Positions 63,272 to 64,000 of a DNA stretch of 64,000 nt are shown piece by piece. The notes beneath the pieces are model-generated. The model searched no databases and had not been told where the DNA came from. It saw only the letters and a list, made by a program, of their open reading frames with translations. Source of the stretch: an uncultured Chloroflexia bacterium (lineage in GTDB: Bacteria > Chloroflexota > Anaerolineae > JAAYZQ01). The stretch's first letter is position 1; the number at the start of each line of letters is the position of its first letter. The position numbers and the translations under genes are program-made. Location of the stretch: the NCBI GenBank assembly GCA_963700285.1, contig CAVOXA010000014.1, positions 576,001-640,000 on the forward strand. The letters are read 5' to 3'.

Positions 63272-64000
63272 AGATCCTGCTTGTTCTGACCTACTACCAC
63301 CCCCACGTCAGCGGACTGACCATTTATGTACAGCGGTTGGCCACAGCTCTTGCCCGCAAGGGACACCGAGTCACGGTGTTAACGTCGCACTATGACCCGG
63401 CGCTGCCTGCCGAGGAAGTGATCGACGGTGTGCATGTTGTGCGCGCGCCTGTACTGTTCCGGATCAGCAAAGGCGTGATTATGCCCACCTTTCCTCTGCT
63501 GGCTTGGCGCTACATCCGCCGGCACGACATTACAAGTGTCCACCTACCCCAGTTTGAGGCTGGCCTGCTCGGCTTGCTGGGACGCCTGGCGCGGAGGCCG
63601 CTGGTTCTCACCTACCATTGCGATCTCGAGTTGCCCAAGGGCCGGTTCAACCGTGTCGTAGATAGGGTAGTCTTTGCCAGCAACTATCTTGCCGGGCATC
63701 TGGCACAAACTGCGGTCGCCTATACCCAGGACTTTGCCCAACACTCCCTCTTTCTCTCGCGATTCCTGGACAAGGTACGCGTGATCGCGCCGCCGGTTAT
63801 CATGCCGGCACCGGACCTCACCAGCGTCGAAGCATTCCGTGCCCAACATGACCTGGTTGATCGCCAGGTCATCGGGATGGCCGCAAGGCTGGCCACGGAG
63901 AAGGGCGTCGAGGTGCTCGTCGGGGCCATGCCCCGGCTGCTGCAAGCCTATCCCCGACTGAAAGTACTCTTTGCCGGGCAGTACGAGTACGTGATGGGCG
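63268..64000 (+). CDS. Glycosyltransferase family 4 (runs off the window end)
   Basis: GTG start overlapping the upstream stop; MKILLVLTYYHPHVSGLTIY..GHRVTVLTS..ARLATEKGVE. Confidence 0.85.
   Translation, partial: MKILLVLTYYHPHVSGLTIYVQRLATALARKGHRVTVLTSHYDPALPAEEVIDGVHVVRAPVLFRISKGVIMPTFPLLAWRYIRRHDITSVHLPQFEAGLLGLLGRLARRPLVLTYHCDLELPKGRFNRVVDRVVFASNYLAGHLAQTAVAYTQDFAQHSLFLSRFLDKVRVIAPPVIMPAPDLTSVEAFRAQHDLVDRQVIGMAARLATEKGVEVLVGAMPRLLQAYPRLKVLFAGQYEYVMG

Overview
GC-rich bacterial chromosomal segment. An anaerobic Chloroflexota (Anaerolineae-like) origin is inferred from the VEVEK-repeat solute-binding lipoprotein, PT-rich linkers, LysM-LCP proteins and UroD-like paralogs. Scattered 1-nt frameshifts suggest an imperfect long-read consensus. 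Contents in order: two large membrane proteins; a UGA-recoded UshA-like selenolipoprotein; an IclR-linked sugar ABC uptake and catabolic locus (three UroD/MtaA-like proteins, an atypical sulfatase, aldolases, aldehyde:ferredoxin oxidoreductase); a heterodimeric ABC exporter; nitrilase; a short Rho; and a racemase. The standout is a minus-strand diversity-generating retroelement (DGR) island at about 33.8-40.8 kb. It has two C-type-lectin/FGE-fold target genes (EAD-caspase-NACHT-CLec and KAP-NTPase-CLec) whose variable repeats differ from the template only at adenines. They flank a reverse transcriptase truncated after about 117 codons and fused directly to the last 37 bp of the template repeat. 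Further right are an uncharacterised glycyl-radical-enzyme operon, metal transporters, msrB, a selenocysteine MsrA lipoprotein whose SECIS geometry matches the first selenoprotein, trmD, two LysM-LCP genes and glycosylation genes.
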